From a candidate division WOR-1 bacterium RIFOXYB2_FULL_46_45 (GTDB lineage: Bacteria; Margulisbacteria; WOR-1; XYC2-FULL-46-14), in the NCBI GenBank assembly GCA_001771585.1, contig MEUE01000001.1:191789-255788 (forward strand): a DNA stretch of 64,000 nucleotides, given 5' to 3'. The notes under the pieces are model-generated. The model saw only the letters and a list, made by a program, of their open reading frames with translations. It was not told the DNA's origin and made no database searches. Of this stretch, positions 46,701 through 55,392 are shown in pieces (position 1 is the stretch's first letter; each line of letters begins with the position of its first letter). The position numbers and the translations under genes were made by a program.

Positions 46701-47732
46701 TTACTTTACCCAATAAAATTTTTCGTTTAGTCGGCCTTCGCCTTGCAAAAAATTCAATTGCTTCAATCTGATATATTTTCTTCCTTGAAAAGCAGCAAAA
46801 TCAAGCCTATATTTTTTAAAATCATCCAGCAACTCTTCCACTCCCTTTTTAACGTTCCAACTAGGTTTAAAATAATCCTTCAAAATAGTATTTACTTTTG
46901 TAAAATCAACTCGATATGTTCTTGTGTCTGCGCCATGCTCACCAGTAAACTCTAAAATGCAATTAGGAATAACCTCTTTTACCGCTTCGGCTAATTCGCG
47001 GACCTGGTAATTTTCACTGTTCCGTCCAATATTGAAAACCTGATTATGAATCAACTCTTTTGGTGCCTTCAAAACTGCAATAAAAGCCAGACTAAAATCT
47101 CTTACATGGATAAGCGGCCGCCAAGGACTTCCATCGCTCATCAATTTTAATTTTCCAGTTGTATGTCCCCAGGCAGAAAGATTATTTACCACCAGATCAA
47201 GCCGAAGAAGAGGAGAACTGCCGTAAACCGTAGAATTCCTCATAATAACAGGCGAAAAATTATCGTCCGCCAGAGGATGCAATGTTTTTTCTGTGCCTAT
47301 TTTTGATTTTGCATACGCAGTAACCGGATTCAATTCCCCGTTTTCATCAACTGCCAACCCATCTTTTGCAACCCCATAAACACTGCAGGAAGAGGCAAAG
47401 ACAAAGCGCTTTACTCCAGCCTGCTTTGCAAGTTTAGCACAGTTTTCTGAAGCAGCAAGATTGATCTCTTCTGTTATGCCTGGATTTAATGCCCCAATTG
47501 GATCATTTGATAATCCAGCCAAATGAATTACTGCATCAATTCCATCGAAATCATTAATATCAACTTGTCTTATATCTTTAATAATTTGTTTTCCGCTATA
47601 TTTTTTATCTTGAAAGAGGCAGCCATCAAAATAGTTTGTATCCAGCCCAACAACTTCAAATCCGGCTTCTATCAACATCGGACACATAACATTCCCTATA
47701 TATCCATTGTTTCCCGTTACTAACACCTTCAT
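46701..47732 (-). CDS. NAD-dependent epimerase/dehydratase (LSNDP subtype)
   Basis: VTGNNGYIG, HLAGLSNDP, FASSCSVYG, YAKSK, RLDLVVN, SDGSPWRPLIHV. Confidence 0.9.
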   Translation of the reverse strand: MKVLVTGNNGYIGNVMCPMLIEAGFEVVGLDTNYFDGCLFQDKKYSGKQIIKDIRQVDINDFDGIDAVIHLAGLSNDPIGALNPGITEEINLAASENCAKLAKQAGVKRFVFASSCSVYGVAKDGLAVDENGELNPVTAYAKSKIGTEKTLHPLADDNFSPVIMRNSTVYGSSPLLRLDLVVNNLSAWGHTTGKLKLMSDGSPWRPLIHVRDFSLAFIAVLKAPKELIHNQVFNIGRNSENYQVRELAEAVKEVIPNCILEFTGEHGADTRTYRVDFTKVNTILKDYFKPSWNVKKGVEELLDDFKKYRLDFAAFQGRKYIRLKQLNFLQGEGRLNEKFYWVK

Positions 47733-48529
47733 TTCCACACCTTCCAAAATGCCTTGTTTTGATTCCATAATTCATCCAAATGTTTGGTTTCGCGAAAAGT
47801 ATCCATACATTCCCAGGAACCCTTATGAGGATAAACCATCAACTCTCCGGCTTCTGCCAATCTCTCTAGTGCGCCCAATTCAAAATCGCATTCCTTATCC
47901 GCACTTAAATACTCAAACAACTTCCTATTTAGCACAAAAAAACCACCATTGATCATTCCGGCAGAGGCTTGCGGCTTTTCAGTAAAATTGGTCACCCTGC
48001 CATTGTCAATAATCAAATCCCCAAAACGCGAAGGGGGTCTGACTCCGGTTAATGTTCCAACCTTGCCGTGTTTGTTGTGAAAATCTATCAGTTCGGCAAT
48101 ATTAACATTTGCTACACCATCACCATAAGTCAACAAAAAATTGTCCCCATCAATATATTTTTCTATTTTCTTAATCCTGGCACCTTTGAGTGAATCAAGC
48201 CCTGTATCCACAAGAGTTATTTTCCAATTGATTTCATCGCTAAAATTATGAAGTATCATATCTCTTTTGCCATCCAAATTAATTGTAAAATCATTCATTA
48301 AAATATGATAATTGTAGAAATATTCCTTTATCATCTGCCCTTTGTATCCTAAACAAAGAATAAAATCATTGTAACCAAAATGGGCGTAAATTTTCATAAT
48401 ATGCCAAAGAATAGGACGCCCGCCGATTTCTACAAGCGGCTTGGGCTTAATTTCTGTTTCCTCCCGCAATCTCGTACCTTTTCCGCCACATAAAATTACT
48501 ACTTTGGGCCTACTCATGGTTGTCTCCAT
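47729..48529 (-). CDS. rfbF: Glucose-1-phosphate cytidylyltransferase
   Basis: ILCGGKGTRLREET..KPKPLVEIGG, CLGYKG, VDTG, TYGDGV, INGGFFV, WECMDT. Confidence 0.9.
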   Translation of the reverse strand: METTMSRPKVVILCGGKGTRLREETEIKPKPLVEIGGRPILWHIMKIYAHFGYNDFILCLGYKGQMIKEYFYNYHILMNDFTINLDGKRDMILHNFSDEINWKITLVDTGLDSLKGARIKKIEKYIDGDNFLLTYGDGVANVNIAELIDFHNKHGKVGTLTGVRPPSRFGDLIIDNGRVTNFTEKPQASAGMINGGFFVLNRKLFEYLSADKECDFELGALERLAEAGELMVYPHKGSWECMDTFRETKHLDELWNQNKAFWKVWK

Positions 48530-48560
48530 TTATTTTGGTCAATCATATAGTTACATCAAT

Positions 48561-50396
48561 CTATAAAAAAGTCGCCATAGTTTGCTCATTTACAGGCGAG
48601 AAACACGCTTGAATTATTTGCCCGCCCTTATCTTTTAAATGACTATATTTGACATCACTTAAATTAAGTATTTTATCAATTTCTTCATCAAGCTCATTTA
48701 GTGTCCTCGCCACAAAATGCATGTCATCTTTAGGAAACCAGTCCATTGGATCAAAATTTAAATCGAGATCGCTTCTCACTCTAATTACTGGAATACCATA
48801 AGCTATAGCATCAAATATTGTAGCAGATGCCATTGCTATCAACATTGATACTTTTGGTAAAACATCAGCCATTGTCTCATCAACGATATCGTATGAATCC
48901 TTACTCATTTCAACCTTATTGATTATAGCATCCAGCTCTAACGATGACATCATTGGATGTGGTTTAAGCCAAATTCTCAATCTTTTTTGGGCCTGGAGCA
49001 CATTCCATGCTTTCGACAATAATTCCAAAGCACTTGATCTTGCCAGAGGCAAAGTTATAAGCACAATATCGTTTTGGCTTCGGTTTTGTCTATTACTATC
49101 TAGTTTTAACAAATACTGAAATCTCAAGGCCGGTCCAACAACCATTTTAGCAAGAGGGAACCCCTCATCAATCAAAGTCTGCTTAAAAAAATTCCCGGAA
49201 CAAATTATTTTATCTGGCATGGGAAGAATATCAATTTCATCCTTAGATGTATACAAACACAATGATAAAGGAAACAAAGAAGCATGCTGAAAACCATATA
49301 ATTTTGTGTCTGGTGAAAACCTAGCCTTTCCAAGTATTAAGGATTTTTCCGGAAGCATGTTTTCAAAAGTATATATTATTTGTTTAATCTTAATTCCCTG
49401 ATCCCGAAGCCTTTTAATAAGAAAATAATGCATTATTACCTGGCCTGATTCCCAAAGGAGCATATACCTCATATTCTCATTCTTAAATAAAAGTGATATG
49501 TCCATTCCAGCAAACACAAATTTTCTAAACATCAAAACTACAGAGCGGAAGGCAAGTATAATTGTCTGCAAATAATCATTGGGCCTATAATAATCCTCTG
49601 GAATTATAAAAACCTGATCAGATTTTCTGATCCGACACATAGCATTAACATACGTTAATTTGCTATTAGTATTTATTATCGGCAGAATAGCAGCACTAAC
49701 TCCTTTCTCCAATAAATAATTGTAGAGATTTGGGAAATATAAATCCCTAAATTCCCCCTCACTGCTAAAGTTTTTTTCGCCCACCCAAGTTCTTATAATC
49801 GTCAACTCTCCATTTGTGTGTTCTATTGATTTTTTTTTGTTCTGACGTGTTATGAAGGCATAAATCTTTCTGTAAATACTCTTTAAAACAAACCTTGAAG
49901 TTCTATATAATATTCGAAGGATATCCTTGGCCACATAGAGCTGATAATCATATTTTCTCACAATTCTATAATCAGTAGTAAAATCAGATCTTTTTATTAT
50001 CTCTAACAATACTGCACTTTCGGAGACAATACAGACATTCTTATTTTTAAACTTCGCACTTAAGAGCTCTTTCATGATCTTAAGATAACAAATATAAAGA
50101 AAAGCCGGGCTTCCCATTACATTTTTTTCTGCAACATCGGATATCCACCAAGGCAAAGAATTAAACTTTGTACTTAATGATGCAATATAATCAATGTAAG
50201 GCCGACGCAACTTATACGATATGTCATTTAAAAGATCTCCCAGATCAATATAAAGAGACCCCGCCGGCGCACTTACTTTAAGCTTTAAAAGCCGCTCATA
50301 ATCTCTGCCAAGGAAAAGCCAATAAAAGTCCTTCCCATCTCGAAGATTTTTTGGAAAATCATTTTCAGCTAAGATTAAAACTGGCTGTTTAAGCAT
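48561..50396 (-). CDS. 611-aa surface-carbohydrate biosynthesis protein of unknown function (possible GT-B ulosonate transferase)
   Basis: C-terminal half GFQHA...PDKIICSG...GPALRF...KPHP...AIAYGIPVI resembles GT-B/capsule-synthesis proteins; translationally coupled to the KdsB-like gene. Confidence 0.6.
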   Translation of the reverse strand: MLKQPVLILAENDFPKNLRDGKDFYWLFLGRDYERLLKLKVSAPAGSLYIDLGDLLNDISYKLRRPYIDYIASLSTKFNSLPWWISDVAEKNVMGSPAFLYICYLKIMKELLSAKFKNKNVCIVSESAVLLEIIKRSDFTTDYRIVRKYDYQLYVAKDILRILYRTSRFVLKSIYRKIYAFITRQNKKKSIEHTNGELTIIRTWVGEKNFSSEGEFRDLYFPNLYNYLLEKGVSAAILPIINTNSKLTYVNAMCRIRKSDQVFIIPEDYYRPNDYLQTIILAFRSVVLMFRKFVFAGMDISLLFKNENMRYMLLWESGQVIMHYFLIKRLRDQGIKIKQIIYTFENMLPEKSLILGKARFSPDTKLYGFQHASLFPLSLCLYTSKDEIDILPMPDKIICSGNFFKQTLIDEGFPLAKMVVGPALRFQYLLKLDSNRQNRSQNDIVLITLPLARSSALELLSKAWNVLQAQKRLRIWLKPHPMMSSLELDAIINKVEMSKDSYDIVDETMADVLPKVSMLIAMASATIFDAIAYGIPVIRVRSDLDLNFDPMDWFPKDDMHFVARTLNELDEEIDKILNLSDVKYSHLKDKGGQIIQACFSPVNEQTMATFL

Positions 50397-51147
50397 ATTG
50401 TTTCCTGATTTTATCTTTTTTCATTAATTCTTTCACAATCTTTAAATCATCTGGGGTATCAACACTAATTTTTGCATCATCAATCAATACCGCCCGCATT
50501 TTTATTCCATGTTCTATTACCCTTAAATACTCGTTAAATTCGATACTCTCCAAAGGAGTCGGGCTCCAAGATGCATATTGCAATAAAAAACCCTTGCGAA
50601 AAGGAACAATAAAACACATCTTTAATTGTTCTTTTACTAGAACCCTAGCATCACTGGGTAAATCAGACCGAGAACAATAAAGGACATTTGATTTAAGATC
50701 TAAAACAGCCTTAATGTCTGACGTCCTGGCTTTTTCATTATATCTCGTCACACCCACCGCTATCTGTAGTTTTGGATCCTTTATTAATGGGGCAACAATT
50801 TCATCTATATGCCTGGGATTAACTAATGGCTCATCCCCCTGAACATTAACAACTATATCGCATTCTACCCCCTGACAAGCCTCTGCCAATCTATCAGATC
50901 CGGTTTTATGGTGTTTGCCAGTCATAATAACAGCAATATTATGTTTCTCGCCGGCTTTTCTAATCTCCTCGCTATCAGTGACCAAATAAACATCATCAAG
51001 GCTCTTGGATAGCTTAGCCCGCCTACAGGTATGGATGGCCATAGGAAGACCTTCAATTTCAATTAGTGCCTTACCTGGCAGACGGCTGGATTCCAGCCTG
51101 GCGGGTACCATGCCGACAACCTTAGTTTTTTTGGTTTTGCTTACCAT
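50389..51147 (-). CDS. KdsB-like CMP-ulosonate synthetase (cytidylyltransferase)
   Basis: PARLESSRLPGKAL, TGSDR, VNVQGDEP, LESIEFNEYLR, SVDTPDDL. Confidence 0.9.
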   Translation of the reverse strand: MVSKTKKTKVVGMVPARLESSRLPGKALIEIEGLPMAIHTCRRAKLSKSLDDVYLVTDSEEIRKAGEKHNIAVIMTGKHHKTGSDRLAEACQGVECDIVVNVQGDEPLVNPRHIDEIVAPLIKDPKLQIAVGVTRYNEKARTSDIKAVLDLKSNVLYCSRSDLPSDARVLVKEQLKMCFIVPFRKGFLLQYASWSPTPLESIEFNEYLRVIEHGIKMRAVLIDDAKISVDTPDDLKIVKELMKKDKIRKQYA

Positions 51148-51911
51148 GAGCTAAATTCTGACTTGATCTTTTTGAACGTTCGACAAAGTTCAGTTGAATC
51201 AAGTGAATAAGTGATAAATTGGATTCCTATTTCTTTGAACCAGCGGAGCATCTTCATATCAGCAGTAAAGGCGCCGACCGTAACTTTCTTCTTCTGCGCC
51301 CTAGCAACACAATCCTTAACAAAATTTTTTAGTTTTGGATTATCCAATTGCCCCGGCATGTCTAAAGCTTGAGATAAATCACACAGCCCAAAATAAACAA
51401 CATCAACATTAGAATCATCCATGATTTTCTCAAGATTTTTAACCCCTTCCTGCCCCTCAACGATCAGCACGCTCATCGTTTTAGTGTTAGCTTTTTCAGC
51501 ATGCTTTGAAGTATCCTCTGGATCGTATCCTCCCGCCCGGGTAAAAGGAGATAGCCCTCGCTCTCCAATCGGGTGATATTTAATAGCCCTGATTGCATTT
51601 TCTCGATCAGCCACTGTTTCAATATGAGGGACAACAACACCATGCGCACCAACATCTAATGCTCGCAAAATATCGGCCTCGTCATTTCGAGGAACTCTGA
51701 TCAAAGGAGTACAATTTTCAACTTCGGCGGCTCTGACCATATTTTCAGCAGTTTCAAAACTAATCGGACCATGCTCCATATCAATGATAATAAAATCCAT
51801 GCCGGAAGCTGCCAGGACATTAACGGTTGAAGCTGATGGCAGGATACACCAGGTGCCCAAAACCTTCTCTCCTTTATGTAATTTTTCCTTCAAAACATTG
51901 TTTTTAATCAT
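51141..51911 (-). CDS. HpcH/HpaI-family class II pyruvate aldolase
   Basis: IIDMEHG, LIRVP, ALDVGAHGVVVPHI, RGLSP, VE, FGLCDLS. Confidence 0.88.
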   Translation of the reverse strand: MIKNNVLKEKLHKGEKVLGTWCILPSASTVNVLAASGMDFIIIDMEHGPISFETAENMVRAAEVENCTPLIRVPRNDEADILRALDVGAHGVVVPHIETVADRENAIRAIKYHPIGERGLSPFTRAGGYDPEDTSKHAEKANTKTMSVLIVEGQEGVKNLEKIMDDSNVDVVYFGLCDLSQALDMPGQLDNPKLKNFVKDCVARAQKKKVTVGAFTADMKMLRWFKEIGIQFITYSLDSTELCRTFKKIKSEFSSW

Positions 51912-51920
51912 GTTATCCTC

Positions 51921-52676
51921 CTAACTCACCAATATTTTAGAAATATCTTCAACCACTAATTCGGTCAATTCAGCCAGGCGCGACCGCGACGAGATCCCGG
52001 TACAAACGGCAATACAGGCCTTAAGTCCAGCATTGTTTCCCATTTGGATATCTGTTTCAGCATCACCAACCATGACTGCAGCCAATTTATCAGCTTTCAA
52101 TTCCTTTAATATCAAATTAATCATGTCAGGAGCTGGCTTTGATTTTTTAACTGAATCAGCACCAACAATATAATCCAACTTATCAGTTAATGCTAAGAAA
52201 TCCATTGATATCTTAGCTCTCTCTTCTCTATCTGTGGTAGCAATAGCAATCTTGCAATCTCTACTTAGTAAAACATCTATCAACTCTTTTGCTCCAGGCA
52301 ACGGTTTGATCAGTTCTCCCAGCATATCGGTTGACCATTGATCAACCTCTTTGAATATTTCAAAACAGACCAGCCCGGCATCGATTATTCCCCAAACAGC
52401 TAACTGATCAACCGCCGCTTGCATCACAATCTCCCGTTTTTTGATCCCAACCGGCCCCTCGGAACGCAACTGCCCGGCTTTAACATCAACCCCCATCGCG
52501 AACATCAAAGCAGTTTTATCCTCCTCATTCAGTTTGAATCGATTGCAGATAAGCTCTGCCCGCTTGGCGATCATCTGTGACCAGTAATGATAGAGGTCAA
52601 TGAGTGTGCCATCTCTATCGAAAATGACCAAATTAATATTTTCAATAATATTGTCGTTAATTTTTAAATCAACCAC
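51921..52676 (-). CDS. HAD-superfamily phosphatase
   Basis: IFDRDGTLID (DxD), IATT, SKPAPDM, MVGDAETD; GTG start overlapping the upstream gene end. Confidence 0.88.
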   Translation of the reverse strand: MVDLKINDNIIENINLVIFDRDGTLIDLYHYWSQMIAKRAELICNRFKLNEEDKTALMFAMGVDVKAGQLRSEGPVGIKKREIVMQAAVDQLAVWGIIDAGLVCFEIFKEVDQWSTDMLGELIKPLPGAKELIDVLLSRDCKIAIATTDREERAKISMDFLALTDKLDYIVGADSVKKSKPAPDMINLILKELKADKLAAVMVGDAETDIQMGNNAGLKACIAVCTGISSRSRLAELTELVVEDISKILVS

Positions 52677-53673
52677 GTAAAGGCTCCATATTTGCATCAA
52701 CCAGTTTTTTAGCGACATTTACCGCCTGTTTCAACAAAGCTAAATCATTATCAAAGTCTTTTTGATTAATAATTGTCACCACGATCTTTCTAGCAAAAGT
52801 CCCAATTGATATGCCATGAACTTTAACGCCACAAAGTTTAAGCAACTCCCCTGTTTTGCTGTTTGTCCCTCCAGAAGCTAATATTTTTACTGGTAATTTA
52901 TGCTTAATAATTATATCTGAAATAGCAACTGTTTGCAGTGTGGTATTAAAATCATCGCTTCCCCCGCTCATAGGCACTCCATCTGCCTGAACAATCAGGC
53001 GATCAGGAGTTACGGCCAAAGCCGATTTAATCCTTTTTATCAGATGGTGATCGCTAAGCTGCGAGCGGTCCATACACATGCTGATAAAATTATCTTTCAA
53101 AAAACCGGCCATAAGCTGCCAATCTTTTTCAACAGACTCATCATCAGGGATAATTGCGTGTAATTCAAAGGTTTCAACTCCGTTTTTCAAACACTCCGGC
53201 AGAATAGTTTTAAGCTCACTCCTTTTATCAAAAAAAGTTACCGCATTAACGGGACAAACCCTGGCACAATCACCACAACCAATACACTTTTTTTCAATAA
53301 CCTGATGCTGATCTGCGATAGCTTTTTGGATACAATCTTTTCGGCAAGCGTCACAATGGGTACAAAGTGAAGCGTCAATTTTTGCTTTGCGGATATGCGG
53401 ATCGCCGCGCATGCCAATACTCACGTTTATAAAGGGCCTCGTTTTAAGTTTGATCCCAAGTTTTGGAGCCAGCTCAAAAGCTTGATCAACACCAAGGGAT
53501 GAGCTTTTGACCACTTCTACATTAGCTGAAATATCAATTCCTAAAGCTCCGGCTAAAGTATAAATTAACGAAAGCTTCCGCACCTCTTCCGCATCTTCGT
53601 TGCCTGCGCCGCAAACTATTTTAAAATACTCGCGCCGCTCAAATATCTCTTTTAATTCTTCATACCTGCTCAT
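52669..53673 (-). CDS. LdpA-like iron-sulfur protein with two ferredoxin-type [4Fe-4S] motifs
   Basis: FKIVCGAG...IYTLAGA..ID N-terminus recalls cyanobacterial LdpA; CTHCDACRKDC and CIGCGDCARVCP; ELH, QADGVPMSGG, SGGTNSKT. Confidence 0.8.
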   Translation of the reverse strand: MSRYEELKEIFERREYFKIVCGAGNEDAEEVRKLSLIYTLAGALGIDISANVEVVKSSSLGVDQAFELAPKLGIKLKTRPFINVSIGMRGDPHIRKAKIDASLCTHCDACRKDCIQKAIADQHQVIEKKCIGCGDCARVCPVNAVTFFDKRSELKTILPECLKNGVETFELHAIIPDDESVEKDWQLMAGFLKDNFISMCMDRSQLSDHHLIKRIKSALAVTPDRLIVQADGVPMSGGSDDFNTTLQTVAISDIIIKHKLPVKILASGGTNSKTGELLKLCGVKVHGISIGTFARKIVVTIINQKDFDNDLALLKQAVNVAKKLVDANMEPLRG

Positions 53674-55391
53674 AAATAGTTTTTTAACCCCTTATAAAAT
53701 TCCTTGTAATTAGTTGGCGTTATTATATGCAAACCCTCGCCACCTTGTTCCACCATGTAGGAATCGATTTGCTTAAGGTAGTTCAGGTTCCAGTTATGTT
53801 TTTCTTTTAGGTCATCAATCTGTTCCGCCTCGTTCTTTTCATTGTAAAAGTGATATATCCCTTTGGGAGAGGTCGCCATATAGCCGTCCATCCCAACAAT
53901 AAATATCCGTTTCGCCCCCATGACCAAAGCAACACCGGCCAGGAGAACCGCCACAGTACGACAATTGGCTGAAATAACTCCGTCTTGGATAGCAAAGGCA
54001 TTCTCCATTGAGTCTTCATAATAAATAAGCTCATAATCACGATTCACGTAATCGGCGATCATCTCTTTGGGCAAATGCTGGCTAATCATCAGTTTAGATT
54101 TTTTTGCTACACTCCCCACATAATCAACAAAGCGGCGTTTGTTGGTAAAGACGTGATAATCGGGCATAAACATCCCTCCCAAATAATTTCCGCCCATCAC
54201 AACCGGCTTATATTTGTCGATAAAAGCCTGGATATCCGATTGGAATTGTTTCAGCGTTGGCCCATTGGCCAAGATCAGGAAATCTTTTTCTTTATGGCGG
54301 TTTATATAGCTGACCCGAGGCCGATCTCCATTGAACAAACGGCTGTTAGCATTGGCGCCCGCATTGACCTTTTTGCCAAAAATCCCTTTTCTCAAGACAT
54401 TATCAACCAGCTCTTTTTTAAAGCCAATCGGATTCTGGACCGTGATCGCTTCCATAATATTCCAGATATCTTCGATATCGTATTCTTTACGCTCGACCAG
54501 GTTGCTGGCATAGTTGGGATGACAGCCGTAGGTACCGGAGAGCATATACGGCAAATTATAACCCCAACCGCATTGCTTATGCAGATCGTTATAATAATGA
54601 TCGATCAGATTCAGGACGGGAATGACATTATATTTATCCGGCTGCTGCCGGTGCAGATAAGCCAGCATAACCTCGGTCGGCAGGTTCCCCGCCCCTCTAC
54701 CCATGCCAAAGACCGAACTATCAATTATTTGCGCACCGGCTTTGATTGCAGCCAAAGAATTGGCAAAAGCCATCTGTAAATTATTATGAGGATGAAATCC
54801 CCACCTAACGTGCTTAATCTCAAGTAATGGCTCAAAAATAACCGCCAGCTGATCGGGAAACATAGATCCATAGGTATCAGCAACATAGGCGTAATCTATC
54901 GGCAGATCTTTTAATGTGGACAATAATTCCTTTATTTCTTTTTTGCTGTAAGAAACAAAACCCATAAAATTAGCCGATACTTCAAATCCCATTTTCTTTA
55001 TTTTAATTAAATTTTCCAAAGCCTCTTTAAAATTATTCTTATGAAAAGCAGATCGAATAAGTTTTACAGGAGACCCAACATATCCGAATAAATCCCCTAG
55101 TTCATATTTACCATGATCTACCATTAGGGCAACCCTTGCACCATTGATGCCAGAACAAATATCAGAAATAAGCCTAGTTTGGCAGAAGCGAAATGCTCCA
55201 TATTTATTCTTGTCGAAATATTTTTCTGTTCCGTGATAGCCAAGTTCAACATAATCCACGCCCGATTTCGACAGCGCACGGTATGTCTCTCTGGCAAGCA
55301 TAAAATCAAAGTCCCAGCAATTTACATAGCCGCCATCGCGAATTGTGCAATCTAATATTTCGATTTTTGTTTTTTTCTCACTATTTTTCAT
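53670..55391 (-). CDS. DRE-TIM (HOA/DmpG-like) aldolase domain fused to a C-terminal Maf/MptE/GT42-like domain
   Basis: ILDCTIRDGGY, ADTYG, GFHPHNNLQMA, SVFGMGRGAGNLPTE; C-domain ILANGPTL...GGN...PDYHVF...RIFIVGMDGY. Confidence 0.85.
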   Translation of the reverse strand: MKNSEKKTKIEILDCTIRDGGYVNCWDFDFMLARETYRALSKSGVDYVELGYHGTEKYFDKNKYGAFRFCQTRLISDICSGINGARVALMVDHGKYELGDLFGYVGSPVKLIRSAFHKNNFKEALENLIKIKKMGFEVSANFMGFVSYSKKEIKELLSTLKDLPIDYAYVADTYGSMFPDQLAVIFEPLLEIKHVRWGFHPHNNLQMAFANSLAAIKAGAQIIDSSVFGMGRGAGNLPTEVMLAYLHRQQPDKYNVIPVLNLIDHYYNDLHKQCGWGYNLPYMLSGTYGCHPNYASNLVERKEYDIEDIWNIMEAITVQNPIGFKKELVDNVLRKGIFGKKVNAGANANSRLFNGDRPRVSYINRHKEKDFLILANGPTLKQFQSDIQAFIDKYKPVVMGGNYLGGMFMPDYHVFTNKRRFVDYVGSVAKKSKLMISQHLPKEMIADYVNRDYELIYYEDSMENAFAIQDGVISANCRTVAVLLAGVALVMGAKRIFIVGMDGYMATSPKGIYHFYNEKNEAEQIDDLKEKHNWNLNYLKQIDSYMVEQGGEGLHIITPTNYKEFYKGLKNYL

Positions 55392-55392
55392 T

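Noticed and set aside
52669-53673. Evidence for a circadian clock or photosynthesis
   Set aside because: Only an LdpA-like gene and a geranylgeranyl-reductase-family gene are present; there are no kai or photosystem genes, and the context is glycan synthesis.
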